A DNA stretch of 62,642 nucleotides, the filler included, from Actinomycetota bacterium (lineage in GTDB: Bacteria > Actinomycetota > Acidimicrobiia > IMCC26256 > VFJJ01), in NCBI GenBank assembly GCA_009886115.1. It is 3 parts of 3 records of this genome, joined end to end, with 100 filler letters (N's around TTAATTAATTAA, not from the genome) between each part and the next. Parts side by side here need not be neighbours in the genome. Positions count along the whole stretch, not along the records: positions 27,942 to 58,912 come from VFJJ01000093.1; 2 more parts are not named here. One strand, written 5' to 3'. A program made the position numbers and the translations under genes. A model generated the notes under the pieces. It saw nothing but the letters and a program-made list of their open reading frames with translations, ran no database searches and was not told the origin of the DNA. This document shows positions 38,407-47,561 of this stretch, one piece after another (position 1 is the stretch's first letter; each line of letters opens with the position of its first letter).

Positions 38407-38478
38407 GACCGCAGTGACCGCAGTGACAGCAGTGACCGCAGTGCCCGCAGTGACCGCAGTGACCGCAGTGACCGCAGT
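38407..38478. repeat. Tandem repeat GACCGCAGT x8
   Basis: Six exact and two single-substitution 9-bp units. Confidence 0.92.
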
Positions 38479-38551
38479 GACGGAGTGCCGGGACGGTAGA
38501 CCCGGACCCCTAGCCGGTCAATCGTTTGGTCGAACACCGTGGGCCGACGGC

Positions 38552-38856
38552 TCAAGCCGTTGCTTCACGAACCCCGGGGCTGAAGGTCAGTTGCACGTTC
38601 TTCATGGTGCGGAGCTGGCCAGTCTCGTACGACGGGCTCGTTCCCGGGCGCAGGGCGAAGTCGGCGACGAAGTCGCACTCGCCCCGCTCGATGAAGCGGT
38701 CGATCAGCTCGTTCGCGTACGTAAGCCGTGGCCGACGTTGCTGCGCCCGATCGGACAGGTCGCCACGAGCTCGTCGAGCACCTCCTCGAAGCGCTCGTTG
38801 AACTCCGGGTCCTCGACGTGGAAGTCGGTGCTGAAGTCTCGCTTGAACGAGGACAT
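38552..38856 (-). pseudogene. Collapsed cytochrome P450 remnant
   Basis: MSSFKRDFSTDF..CPIGRSNVGHG / YANELIDRFIERGECDFVADFA / LRPGTSPSYETGQLRTMKNVQLTF: N-terminal, middle and C-terminal P450-like pieces in about 300 bp. Confidence 0.7.
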
Positions 38857-38914
38857 GACGATTTCCCCCAGGGCTCGTGAAACGGTCGAACGGAACAGTT
38901 ATGGGGCCCGTCGC

Positions 38915-39660
38915 TCAGAATGCGACCGGGAGCGATCGGGCGCCCCGGACCCACAGCGACGGCAGCCACTCGGTCTCGGGCTGGAGGCGGCGCAGGTCGG
39001 GCATCCGTTCGAGCACTGCACCGATGGCGATCTGGGCCATGCGTCGGCCGATCGAGGCGCCGGGGCAGTAGTGCGGGCCGTGGGCGAACGAGAGGTGCCC
39101 GTCGGTGTTGGGATGGATGTCGAAGCGGTCGGGATCGTCGTAGCGGCGCTCGTGGCGGTTGGCCGAGCTGATGTACGACAGGACGAACGAGCCACCCGGA
39201 ATGGTCGATCCGTGAAGCTCGACGTCGCGCATCGCCGTCTGGAACACGAGATTGACCGGCGAGGCGTGCCGCAGCGTCTCCTCGACCAGGTTCGGGAGCA
39301 GTGCCCGGTCGTCGCGGAGCTCGGTGAGGGTGTCGGGGTTGTCGAGCAGAGCCAAGAGCGCGCTGGTGATGAGATGCGACGGAGTCTCGGAACCGCCGAA
39401 ATGCGTGAGCACCACGATGCTCAGCACTTCGAGCGGGGTGAGGATCTCGTCGTCGACCTCGGATCGGACGAGCATCGAGATGAAATCGTCACCGGGCTCG
39501 TCTCGTCGTCGCTGAGTGACGCCCAGTTGGCAGCGTTGAGGAGATCGGCCGTCCAGAGCTTGAAGTTCTCCCGCTGGGCCTGGTCGACGCCGAGCATCTC
39601 GGCGGTCACGCTCACCGGCACGTAGGCGGCGAAGTCGCTGACGAAGTCGAGCTCGCGCCC
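38915..39660 (-). pseudogene. Cytochrome P450, 5'-truncated and frameshifted
   Basis: GGSET, EETLR, FAHGPHYCPG intact; upstream DFVSDFAAYVPV..LGV piece is in another frame; N-terminus absent. Confidence 0.85.
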
Positions 39661-39827
39661 ATGGCCGGATCGACGCTATCGGGCAGTCGCGGCGTGTCCT
39701 GGTGATGGCGCCGACCTCGTCTCGCCGGGAAGTTGGCCTCGGTCGACGTCGCAGCGACTGGCGCCGGGGGTCGACGCTCGCGAAGCTGCGCGAACCCGTG
39801 GGAACCCGGGCGACGAGAGGGACACCG

Positions 39828-41099
39828 ATGGCGAGCCCTGTGGCATACAACCCGTTCGATCCGGAGCAGGTCGATCGCCAGGAGGAGATCCTGCCGACGT
39901 TGCGCCAGCAGTGTCCGGTCGCCGAGCTGATGCCCGGGGTGTTCTACGTGACCCGCCACGACGAGCTCACCGCGGTCAGCCGCGATGCCGATCGGTTCAA
40001 CCAGGCCCCTTTCCGCCCGCTCGACGAGGACACCCGCCGGCCCGACGAGCTCCAGCTCGGCGAGTCGAACCCGCCGGGTCACACCCGGGTGCGCAAGATC
40101 TTCCAGTCGGTGCTCAGTCCGCCGCGGGTGCGGGCGATCGAGCCTCGGATCGCCCGCGTCTGCGCCGAGCTCGTCGACGGCTTCGCAGCGCGAGGGTCGG
40201 CCGACCTCATTGCCGAGCTCGGACGGCCCTTGCCCGCACAGGTGATCGGGCACCTGGCCGGCATCCCCGAGACCGACCGAGGGTACCTGCACACGTACTC
40301 CGATCTCGTCGTGGCCAGCACGCAGGAGCAGGATCCCGTGCGGCGTCAGGTGGCCGAGGACGCCCTGGTCGACTTCGACGCCCGCCTGCTCGACCTGATC
40401 CGGGAGCGACGCACGTCGACGAGCCGGCCCGACGATGCCCTGAGCGCTTTCGTCGACTACCGAGACGACGATGGCGAGGCCCTCTCGGACGAGAAGATCC
40501 TGCTGCATCTCTCGAAGGACATGATCACCGGCGGCATCGACACCACGACCCATCTCGTCGGGAACCTCTTCTACGACTTGGCGATCACGCCCGGCCTGTA
40601 CGAGCGCATCCGGGCCGATCGCTCGCTCGTGCCCGCGGCCGTCGAGGAGTCGCTGCGCCGGCGTCCCGTGGTGAGCTGCCTCTTCCGGCGCCCTCCCGCC
40701 GACACCGAGATCGCCGGAACACCCATCCCCGCAGGTTCGGTGGTGGTGTTGGGCTACGCGTCGGCGAACCACGACGAGTCGGTGTTCCCGCATCCGGAGG
40801 TGTTCGACGTCGATCGAGGCGAGGCGCTCCGCCGCCAACTCGGCTTCGGCTGGGGCGTGCACCTCTGCGTAGGGGCGTCCCTGGCCCGCCTCGAAGGAGC
40901 GCTCGTGCTCAATGCGGTGCTCGATCGATGCGCGAACCTGAGGCTCGCCCCGGGCTTCGAGTACGAGCGGGTGCGGTTCTTCATGATGCGAGGGCCGGTA
41001 CGCCTCGATGTGGAGTTCGACCCTGTGCCCCAATCGCCGCTTGGTCTTCTGGGAACCTCGAAGGCCCGGCACGACGACTCCGAGATCGTGACGCCATGA
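39828..41099 (+). CDS. Cytochrome P450 (intact)
   Basis: PPGHTRVR, GGIDTT, EESLR, FGWGVHLCVG. Confidence 0.95.
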   Translation: MASPVAYNPFDPEQVDRQEEILPTLRQQCPVAELMPGVFYVTRHDELTAVSRDADRFNQAPFRPLDEDTRRPDELQLGESNPPGHTRVRKIFQSVLSPPRVRAIEPRIARVCAELVDGFAARGSADLIAELGRPLPAQVIGHLAGIPETDRGYLHTYSDLVVASTQEQDPVRRQVAEDALVDFDARLLDLIRERRTSTSRPDDALSAFVDYRDDDGEALSDEKILLHLSKDMITGGIDTTTHLVGNLFYDLAITPGLYERIRADRSLVPAAVEESLRRRPVVSCLFRRPPADTEIAGTPIPAGSVVVLGYASANHDESVFPHPEVFDVDRGEALRRQLGFGWGVHLCVGASLARLEGALVLNAVLDRCANLRLAPGFEYERVRFFMMRGPVRLDVEFDPVPQSPLGLLGTSKARHDDSEIVTP

Positions 41100-41815
41100 C
41101 CGAGCTCCTGTGCCTGCACGACGCGTACCTGCGAGCGTTCGACGGCGTCGTCGTCGACGTCCGCGCCCACGACGACGGGACGGCCGGCGTGGCGCTCGAT
41201 CGCACGGCCTTCTACGCCACCGGTGGTGGGCAGCCGCACGACACAGGCGTGCTCGACGGTCGGGCCGTCACCAACGTCAGCAAGGACAGCGAGATCGTGT
41301 GGCACCACGTCGCCGACGCCGCGGGGCTCGTCGTCGGCTCGACCGTCCACGGGGAGATCGACTGGGACCGGCGTCATCGCCTGATGCGCACCCACTCCGC
41401 GCTGCACGTGCTCGGTGGTGTGGTGTGGAACCGCTGGGGCACCCTGGCCACGGGGAACAACATGGAGCCGCTCAGCGCCCGCATCGACTACGAGTTCGAC
41501 CCGCTGCCTGTTGGCTTCGCGCTCGACCTCGAACGGGCGATCAACGCTGAGATCGCGCTCGACCGGCGCATCGAGATCTCGTTCCTCCCGACGGCTGCTG
41601 CCGCGGTCGACCCCGACCTCATCCGCACGAAGGCGAACCTCATCCCGGAGTGGGTCACAGAGGTGCGCGTCGTCGACATCGTCGGGCTCGACAAGCAGAC
41701 CGACGGCGGCACCCACGTGCGCTCCACCGGCGAGATCGGGGTGGTGAAGATCGTCAAGACCGAGTCGAAAGGCAAGGGGAACAAGCGGATCCGCATCGAG
41801 ATCGTCGACGCCTGA
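41096..41815 (+). CDS. AlaX-family alanyl-tRNA editing protein
   Basis: FYATGGGQPHD, MRTHSALH, DGGTHV, GKGNKRI; ATGA overlap with P450. Confidence 0.9.
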   Translation: MTELLCLHDAYLRAFDGVVVDVRAHDDGTAGVALDRTAFYATGGGQPHDTGVLDGRAVTNVSKDSEIVWHHVADAAGLVVGSTVHGEIDWDRRHRLMRTHSALHVLGGVVWNRWGTLATGNNMEPLSARIDYEFDPLPVGFALDLERAINAEIALDRRIEISFLPTAAAAVDPDLIRTKANLIPEWVTEVRVVDIVGLDKQTDGGTHVRSTGEIGVVKIVKTESKGKGNKRIRIEIVDA

Positions 41816-41839
41816 GCGCGATCGCGGTCCTCCGACCGG

Positions 41840-42886
41840 TTACAGCCCCCCGAGGAACCCGAGCAGCGCCTCATTGAACTCGGCGGGACGCTCCTGCTGG
41901 ATCCAGTGCCCGCAACCGTCGAACCAGACCGCCCCGCGCAGGTCGGTCACGTCGACTCGCATGGCTTCCACCGACGCCGGATCGGTGCCGAAGACCACGT
42001 CGTGCTCGGCGCCCACGAAAAACGCCGGCTGGTGGATCTTCTGCCCGGCGAAGGGGGCCATGAGCTCGGCCGTGAGGTCGATGCCGCGGTACCAGTTGAT
42101 GCCGCCCCGGAACGTGCCGTGATGTGCGAACTCGGCGGTGAAGACATCGAGATCGTGCTCGCTCAGCCACGGAGGCAGCTCCGCCGGCACCCGGAGGCAG
42201 TCGGCCCAACGCTTCGCAGCGGTGTTCCAGAACCGGAAGTCGCTGCGGGGGATGTCGCCCGAGAGCGAGTAGAGCACGCTTCTCAGGGTGGCTCGGAGGT
42301 CGGCGTCGAGCTCGGTCTCGGCCAGGCCTTCCTCCTGGAAGTAGAGGACGTAGAAGAACCCGTCGGGTCCGACGGCCGAACGGAGCATCTCGGTCGGACG
42401 GGCGCCACCCTGGCTGACGCCGTTGAACTTGACGCTGACGCCCACCACCGAGGCGAAGCGATCCGGTCGCAGCAGAGCGCAGTTCCACGCCACCGGGCCA
42501 CCCCAGTCGTGGCCGACGACGCACGCCGCCTGATCGCAGCCGAGCGCGTCGAGGAGGCCCACCATGTCGCCGACGAGGTGGAGCTGGGTGTAGGAGCGCA
42601 CGTCGGGCGGGGCGTCGGTCTGGCCGTAGCCGCGCTGCGAGGGAGCAACCACGTGGTAGCCGGCTGCCGCCAGCGGCGCGAGCTGGTGACGCCACGAGTA
42701 CCAGCTCTCGGGAAACCCATGGCACAACAGCACGATCGGACGAGGGGCCTCGCCGGCGGCCGGCGCGCCAGCCTCGGCGATGTGCATGCGGATGCCGTTG
42801 GAGTCGACGAAACGGTGCGTGACGCCCGAGAGGTCGGCCGTGGGTGTCGAGCGGGTGTGCCAACTCGCGTTCGCGCCCGCGTTCAC
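41840..42886 (-). CDS. Epoxide hydrolase (alpha/beta hydrolase)
   Basis: HGFPESWYSWRHQ, GHDWGG, NWYR, GHWIQQE. Confidence 0.92.
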   Translation of the reverse strand: MNAGANASWHTRSTPTADLSGVTHRFVDSNGIRMHIAEAGAPAAGEAPRPIVLLCHGFPESWYSWRHQLAPLAAAGYHVVAPSQRGYGQTDAPPDVRSYTQLHLVGDMVGLLDALGCDQAACVVGHDWGGPVAWNCALLRPDRFASVVGVSVKFNGVSQGGARPTEMLRSAVGPDGFFYVLYFQEEGLAETELDADLRATLRSVLYSLSGDIPRSDFRFWNTAAKRWADCLRVPAELPPWLSEHDLDVFTAEFAHHGTFRGGINWYRGIDLTAELMAPFAGQKIHQPAFFVGAEHDVVFGTDPASVEAMRVDVTDLRGAVWFDGCGHWIQQERPAEFNEALLGFLGGL

Positions 42887-43644
42887 GGCAGGCCCCCGTC
42901 GACCCTCAAGATGGCCCCCGTCGTGAAGCTCGACGCATCGCTGGCGAAGTACAGCGCGGCGCCCACCACCTCCTCGGGCTTGCCGCCGCGACCCAGCGCC
43001 ATGGTGGAGCTGGCCGCGACGTTGAACACGTCGAGGTCCCAGGCCTTGGAGACGTCGGTGAAGAACGGCCCGGCCATGATGCAGTTGACCCGCACCGTCG
43101 GACCGAAGGCGAACTTGAAGCCCTCGGTCATGGTGTTCAGCCCGGCCTTGGCTGCGGCGTACGGGATGATGCCGGCCGTCGGCCGGATCGAGCCCGACGT
43201 GCTCACGTTGATGATGGAACCCCCGCGGCCGGCGGCCATCCGGGTCCCCACCAGCGCCGTGAGGCGGAAGGGGCCCTTCATGTTGAGGTTCACGACCTTG
43301 TCGTACATCTCTTCCGAGACCTCGGCCACGCTCGGGTAGAGCAACGACATCCCGGCATTGTTCACGAGCACGTCGACCCGGCCGAAGCGCTCGTAGGCCG
43401 CATCGACGAGACCCTCGATCTCGCCCCAGCGACCCACGTTGCACGCGTACGGGAACGCTGCCCGTCCCGTGGTGGCCTCGATCTCCTCGGCCAGGGCCTC
43501 GCAGGCGTCGAGCTTTCGGCTGGTGATCACCACGTCGGCTCCGCTGGCCGCGAACGCCTTGACCATCTCGCGGCCCAGCCCGCGGCTCCCGCCGGTGACC
43601 AGTGCGACGCGCCCGGTCAGGTCGAACAAGCTCGAGGGGTCCAT
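42883..43644 (-). CDS. SDR family oxidoreductase
   Basis: TGGSRGLG, NNAG, YAAAK. Confidence 0.92.
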   Translation of the reverse strand: MDPSSLFDLTGRVALVTGGSRGLGREMVKAFAASGADVVITSRKLDACEALAEEIEATTGRAAFPYACNVGRWGEIEGLVDAAYERFGRVDVLVNNAGMSLLYPSVAEVSEEMYDKVVNLNMKGPFRLTALVGTRMAAGRGGSIINVSTSGSIRPTAGIIPYAAAKAGLNTMTEGFKFAFGPTVRVNCIMAGPFFTDVSKAWDLDVFNVAASSTMALGRGGKPEEVVGAALYFASDASSFTTGAILRVDGGLP

Positions 43645-43698
43645 GGGCGGAGCCTACGAGCCTGACCGGCGGCCGTGCCGGAGCGGTAGCGTGCCGAG

Positions 43699-44688
43699 AT
43701 GGAACACGTTCGTCTCGGTCGGACCGGCCTGCAAGTCTCCCGCCTGTGCCTGGGAACCATGACCTTCGGGTACCAGTGCGACGAGGCCACGAGCTTCTCC
43801 ATCATGGACGCCGCGGCCGAGGCGGGTATCACGTTCTTCGACCTCGCCGACGTGTATCCCCTGGGCGGCGGTCTCGACACCGTGGGCCGCACCGAGGAGA
43901 TCACGGGGAAGTGGCTCGCGGGACGGCGCGACGACTTCGTCATAGCCACCAAGTGCTTCGGCCCCATGGGTTCCAAGCCCTGGCAGCGCGGCGCCAACCG
44001 CAAGCACATCCTCGAGGCGGTCGACGGATCGTTGCGGCGCCTCGGGATCGACAGCATCGACCTGTACCAGATCCATCAGTTCGACGTGAACGTCTCGCAA
44101 GACGAGACCCTCGCCGCGCTCGACCACCTCGTCCAGGTCGGCAAGGTGAGATACATCGGGTGCTCGAACTACCTCGCGTACCAACTGGCTCGGGCCATCG
44201 GCCGCAGCGAGGCCCTCGGTCTCGTTCGTTACGAGTCGGTACAGCCCCGCTACAACCTGCTGTACCGCAACTGCGAGCGTGAGCTGTTCCCGTCGTGCCT
44301 CCAAGACGGCGTGGGCGTGATCCCCTACAACCCTTTGGCCGGAGGGTTCCTCACCGGCAAGCACGCGACCGGCGCTCCGCCCGAGGGCTCACGCTTCACC
44401 CTGGGGACGGCCGCCACGATCTACCAGAAGCGCTACTGGCACGACGCCGAGTTCGAGACCGTCGAGGCGCTGAGGCCGATCGCAGCCGAAGCCGGGATGA
44501 GCCTGGCCCAGATGGCCGTCGCCTGGTGCCTGGCCCAACCGGCGATCACGTCGCCGATCATCGGGGCGAGCCGTCCCGAGCAGCTCGCGGACGCGGTGGC
44601 TGCGCTGGCGAGCCCGCTGGAGCCCGCCATCTTCGCTCGCCTCGACGAGCTCACGGCGATGAACGTGCACCATCCGATGCCGAGGTGA
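43699..44688 (+). CDS. Aldo/keto reductase
   Basis: LCLGTMTFG, DLADVY, IATK, IDLYQIH, GKVRYIGCSN. Confidence 0.93.
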   Translation: MEHVRLGRTGLQVSRLCLGTMTFGYQCDEATSFSIMDAAAEAGITFFDLADVYPLGGGLDTVGRTEEITGKWLAGRRDDFVIATKCFGPMGSKPWQRGANRKHILEAVDGSLRRLGIDSIDLYQIHQFDVNVSQDETLAALDHLVQVGKVRYIGCSNYLAYQLARAIGRSEALGLVRYESVQPRYNLLYRNCERELFPSCLQDGVGVIPYNPLAGGFLTGKHATGAPPEGSRFTLGTAATIYQKRYWHDAEFETVEALRPIAAEAGMSLAQMAVAWCLAQPAITSPIIGASRPEQLADAVAALASPLEPAIFARLDELTAMNVHHPMPR

Positions 44689-44704
44689 CGCGGCGTTCGT
44701 CACG

Positions 44705-45859
44705 TCACGGCTGGGCCTCGGCGAGGCCGTAGAGATCGCGGGCGTTCTCGTAGAAGACCCGGCGCCGGACATCGGGATCGATCCCCGTGCACTGCCGCTC
44801 GATCGCCTCGTGGGAGTCGGGCCAGACGCCGTCGCCATGGGGGAAATCGTTGCCCCACATGATGTTCGTGACTCCGATCCGCTCAGCGGCCACGAGCCCG
44901 GCCGGGTCGATCTGGAACGTCGCCGCCATCTGACGACGCCAGTACCCCGACGGTGGCATCGTGAGATCGAGGTCGTGGAACTGCTCGTCCCACTCGAGGT
45001 CCATCCGCTCGAGGAGGTACGGAAGCCAGCCGATGCCCGACTCCCCGAGGACGATGCGCAGGCCGGGAAAGCGCTCGAGGACGCCCGAGAAGATGATGGC
45101 CGACACATGGTCCATGACCCGCACCTGGAACGTGGTCAGGTAGACGGCCGTCCACGACCTGATCTGGCGCTGGTTGCGGGTCTGGCTCACATCGATCGGC
45201 GGACCGATGGTGTGGAGGTGCACGGGGATGCCCGTGTCGTGCCCGGCTTTCCAGACCGGGTCCCAGTCGTCGCGCCACAGCGGCACCATGTCGTGGCGCA
45301 ACGCCAGCTCGCCGCCGCGCAGACCGGGGAGCGTCGCAGCGCGGTGCAGCTCGGCAGCTGCGGCCTCGGGCGAAGCCGACGGGAGCACGGCGATGCCGGC
45401 GAAGCGATCGGGCGCGCTGGCACAGAACTCCGACAGCCAGTCATTGAACACACGACACGTCTCGATGGCCAGCGCCGGGTCGGCGATCGCCTCGGCGGCC
45501 CCGAGTATCCCGTACAAGACCTCGGCCACGATCCCGTCGCGGTCTTGGTCGGCGAGGCGCAGCTCGGGGACGGCCGGTCGCAAGATCCCGGCCGCGAGGT
45601 CGGCGTAGAGCCCGGCATCGGCCATGCGATCGAGACGGTGAGAGCCGCCGCGCACGTAGGGACGGCCCGTCGAGCTCACGCCGCCCACCCGGGCCATCAC
45701 GACATCGTCCTCGGCCACCCAGGTGGGCACGCCGTCGATGTCGATGACGTGTGGGACCCGTGCCCGCAGGCGCGATGCCGCCGCGCTCGTGAACAGGTCG
45801 GCCGGCAACACGTTGAGGTCGATGTGCCCGTCGGCCGAGATCACGGGATGGTCGATCAC
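44705..45859 (-). CDS. Amidohydrolase_2 family protein
   Basis: ISADGH, DQDRDG, VHLH, GVLERFP..ESGIGW, WGNDFPH. Confidence 0.9.
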   Translation of the reverse strand: MIDHPVISADGHIDLNVLPADLFTSAAASRLRARVPHVIDIDGVPTWVAEDDVVMARVGGVSSTGRPYVRGGSHRLDRMADAGLYADLAAGILRPAVPELRLADQDRDGIVAEVLYGILGAAEAIADPALAIETCRVFNDWLSEFCASAPDRFAGIAVLPSASPEAAAAELHRAATLPGLRGGELALRHDMVPLWRDDWDPVWKAGHDTGIPVHLHTIGPPIDVSQTRNQRQIRSWTAVYLTTFQVRVMDHVSAIIFSGVLERFPGLRIVLGESGIGWLPYLLERMDLEWDEQFHDLDLTMPPSGYWRRQMAATFQIDPAGLVAAERIGVTNIMWGNDFPHGDGVWPDSHEAIERQCTGIDPDVRRRVFYENARDLYGLAEAQP

Positions 45860-45917
45860 GATGGCTCCAGGTGCTCGTTGGCGCTGGGAACGGCCGATGC
45901 TCGCGTCATCGGTGGGA

Positions 45918-46781
45918 TCATTGGTACTTGGCATTGCTGGCGGCACCGATGTCGAGGGTGCTGCCGCTCACGTGGCGGGCTTCGTCGCCGAGGAAGAACA
46001 GCACGCCGTAGGTGACCTCCTCGGGCGCCAGCCACGTGATCCCCATGGGGTTCATGCGGCGCAGGACGGCGTGGAGGTCTTCTTGGGTCGGATCGGCGAG
46101 GTCGGGCCGGAACAGGCGGGCCGCCGCATCGTGGCTCACCATCGGGGTGTCGACGGTCGACGGCAGGACGGCGTTGACGGTGATCCCGTGCTCGGCCAGC
46201 TCGAGCGCGGCCGATTTCACCAGGCCGATCACCGCCCACTTCGATGCCGAGTAGTGCGAGAGGTTGGCCATCCCGTGGCGTCCGGCGCCCGATGCGGTGG
46301 CCACGATCCGTCCCGAGCGGCGCCCGATCATGTGGGGGATCACGGCCCGCATCGAGTTCGCGCAACCCGTCAGGTTCACGTCGAGCATGTCGCGCCAGAG
46401 GTCGTCGGTCATCTCGGCGAGCGTGGCGTAGGAGCAGATGCCGGCGTTGGCGACGAGGAAGTCGATCTGACCCATCGTCGTGATCGTCTCGTCGGCCAAG
46501 GCCGCCATGGCGTTCATCGAGCGCACGTCGGCATGGCGGACGAGGTGGGGCGCCCCGCCGGCGGTGGCGAGCAACCGTCCGGTCTCGGCGAGATCGTCGG
46601 CCGTCGCCAGCCCGTAGGGGACGCTGGCGATCGGGCGGTGGAGCCCGCCGAGCCCGCCATCGTCGAAGATGTCGCACACGACGACCGCAGCACCCTCGGT
46701 GGCCAGGGCCAACGCGTGCGCCCGACCCTGGCCCCGCGCCCCACCGGTGACGATGGCGACTTTCCCGTCGAAGCGTCCCAT
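45918..46781 (-). CDS. Mycofactocin-coupled-type SDR oxidoreductase
   Basis: TGGARGQGRAHA, VPYGLATADDLAET, HYSASKW. Confidence 0.88.
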   Translation of the reverse strand: MGRFDGKVAIVTGGARGQGRAHALALATEGAAVVVCDIFDDGGLGGLHRPIASVPYGLATADDLAETGRLLATAGGAPHLVRHADVRSMNAMAALADETITTMGQIDFLVANAGICSYATLAEMTDDLWRDMLDVNLTGCANSMRAVIPHMIGRRSGRIVATASGAGRHGMANLSHYSASKWAVIGLVKSAALELAEHGITVNAVLPSTVDTPMVSHDAAARLFRPDLADPTQEDLHAVLRRMNPMGITWLAPEEVTYGVLFFLGDEARHVSGSTLDIGAASNAKYQ

Positions 46782-46832
46782 GGCCGGACGTTCTAGTCGC
46801 TCGCCCGACATGCGTGGCGGCCGAGCCGTGCT

Positions 46833-47255
46833 TCAACCGTCGTCGGCGTCGGGGTGAGTGACTGCGATGACGACGAGGCCGTCGATCCCCGTGAAATCCT
46901 TGGGGTTGCACGTGTAGACGGGGAGGTCGTTGGCGATGGCGATCGCGGCGATCATGGCGTCGAATGCCCGGGCACTGGTCTTTCGGCCCGAGCGGCGCAG
47001 CGACGCGGCCACCGGGCCGAAGGCTCGCGCGGCGCCAGCATCGAAGGGGAGGGGCTCGAACGACGCCTCGACCTGCTGGAGCCTCACCTGGCGGGCGGCT
47101 CGCTCGCGGGGATCGGTGGCCACCAGGGGGCCCACCGAGAGCTCAGCCAGGGTGACGGCGGTGATGACGGGCTCGGCGGGGAGGTCGGTGACCTCGACGC
47201 GTTCGATGAGGATCACGGTGCTCGTATCGAGGATGCCCATCTGCGTCGTGCTCAC
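46833..47255 (-). CDS. vapC: VapC/PIN-domain toxin
   Basis: LDTS, VTLAEL, DAMIAAIA, TCNPKDF. Confidence 0.9.
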   Translation of the reverse strand: MSTTQMGILDTSTVILIERVEVTDLPAEPVITAVTLAELSVGPLVATDPRERAARQVRLQQVEASFEPLPFDAGAARAFGPVAASLRRSGRKTSARAFDAMIAAIAIANDLPVYTCNPKDFTGIDGLVVIAVTHPDADDG

Positions 47256-47488
47256 AGCGACTGGTCGATGACTGCGTCGAGATCCTCACGGAGCCGCCGG
47301 GGGTCGATTGGCGGCAGGTTCTTGAACCGGGCGATCAACGCCGCGGCCGACAGCCGTTGGCGGGGCAGCGGTCGTAGCTCGGCGACGGCGACGCCGTCAC
47401 GGGTGACCGTGACGTGCTCACCGCCGGCGACGCGATCGATGACCTCGCCGCCGTGGTTGCGGAGCTCTCGGATGGACGCCTCTCCCAT
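47252..47488 (-). CDS. Phd/YefM-fold antitoxin
   Basis: SIRELRN..V..GE..TVTRDG..VAELRP; GTGA overlap with toxin. Confidence 0.9.
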   Translation of the reverse strand: MGEASIRELRNHGGEVIDRVAGGEHVTVTRDGVAVAELRPLPRQRLSAAALIARFKNLPPIDPRRLREDLDAVIDQSL

Positions 47489-47561
47489 ACGGGGATGGTA
47501 TCACCGGTGAGACGCGCGGTGACACCACCAGCGCAGCGCCGGCCGCATGGCGCCGAGGGGC

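Noticed and set aside
39911..41815. 634-aa ORF as a fusion protein
   Set aside because: First 395 codons are an alternate frame of the P450; only AlaX from 41096 is real.
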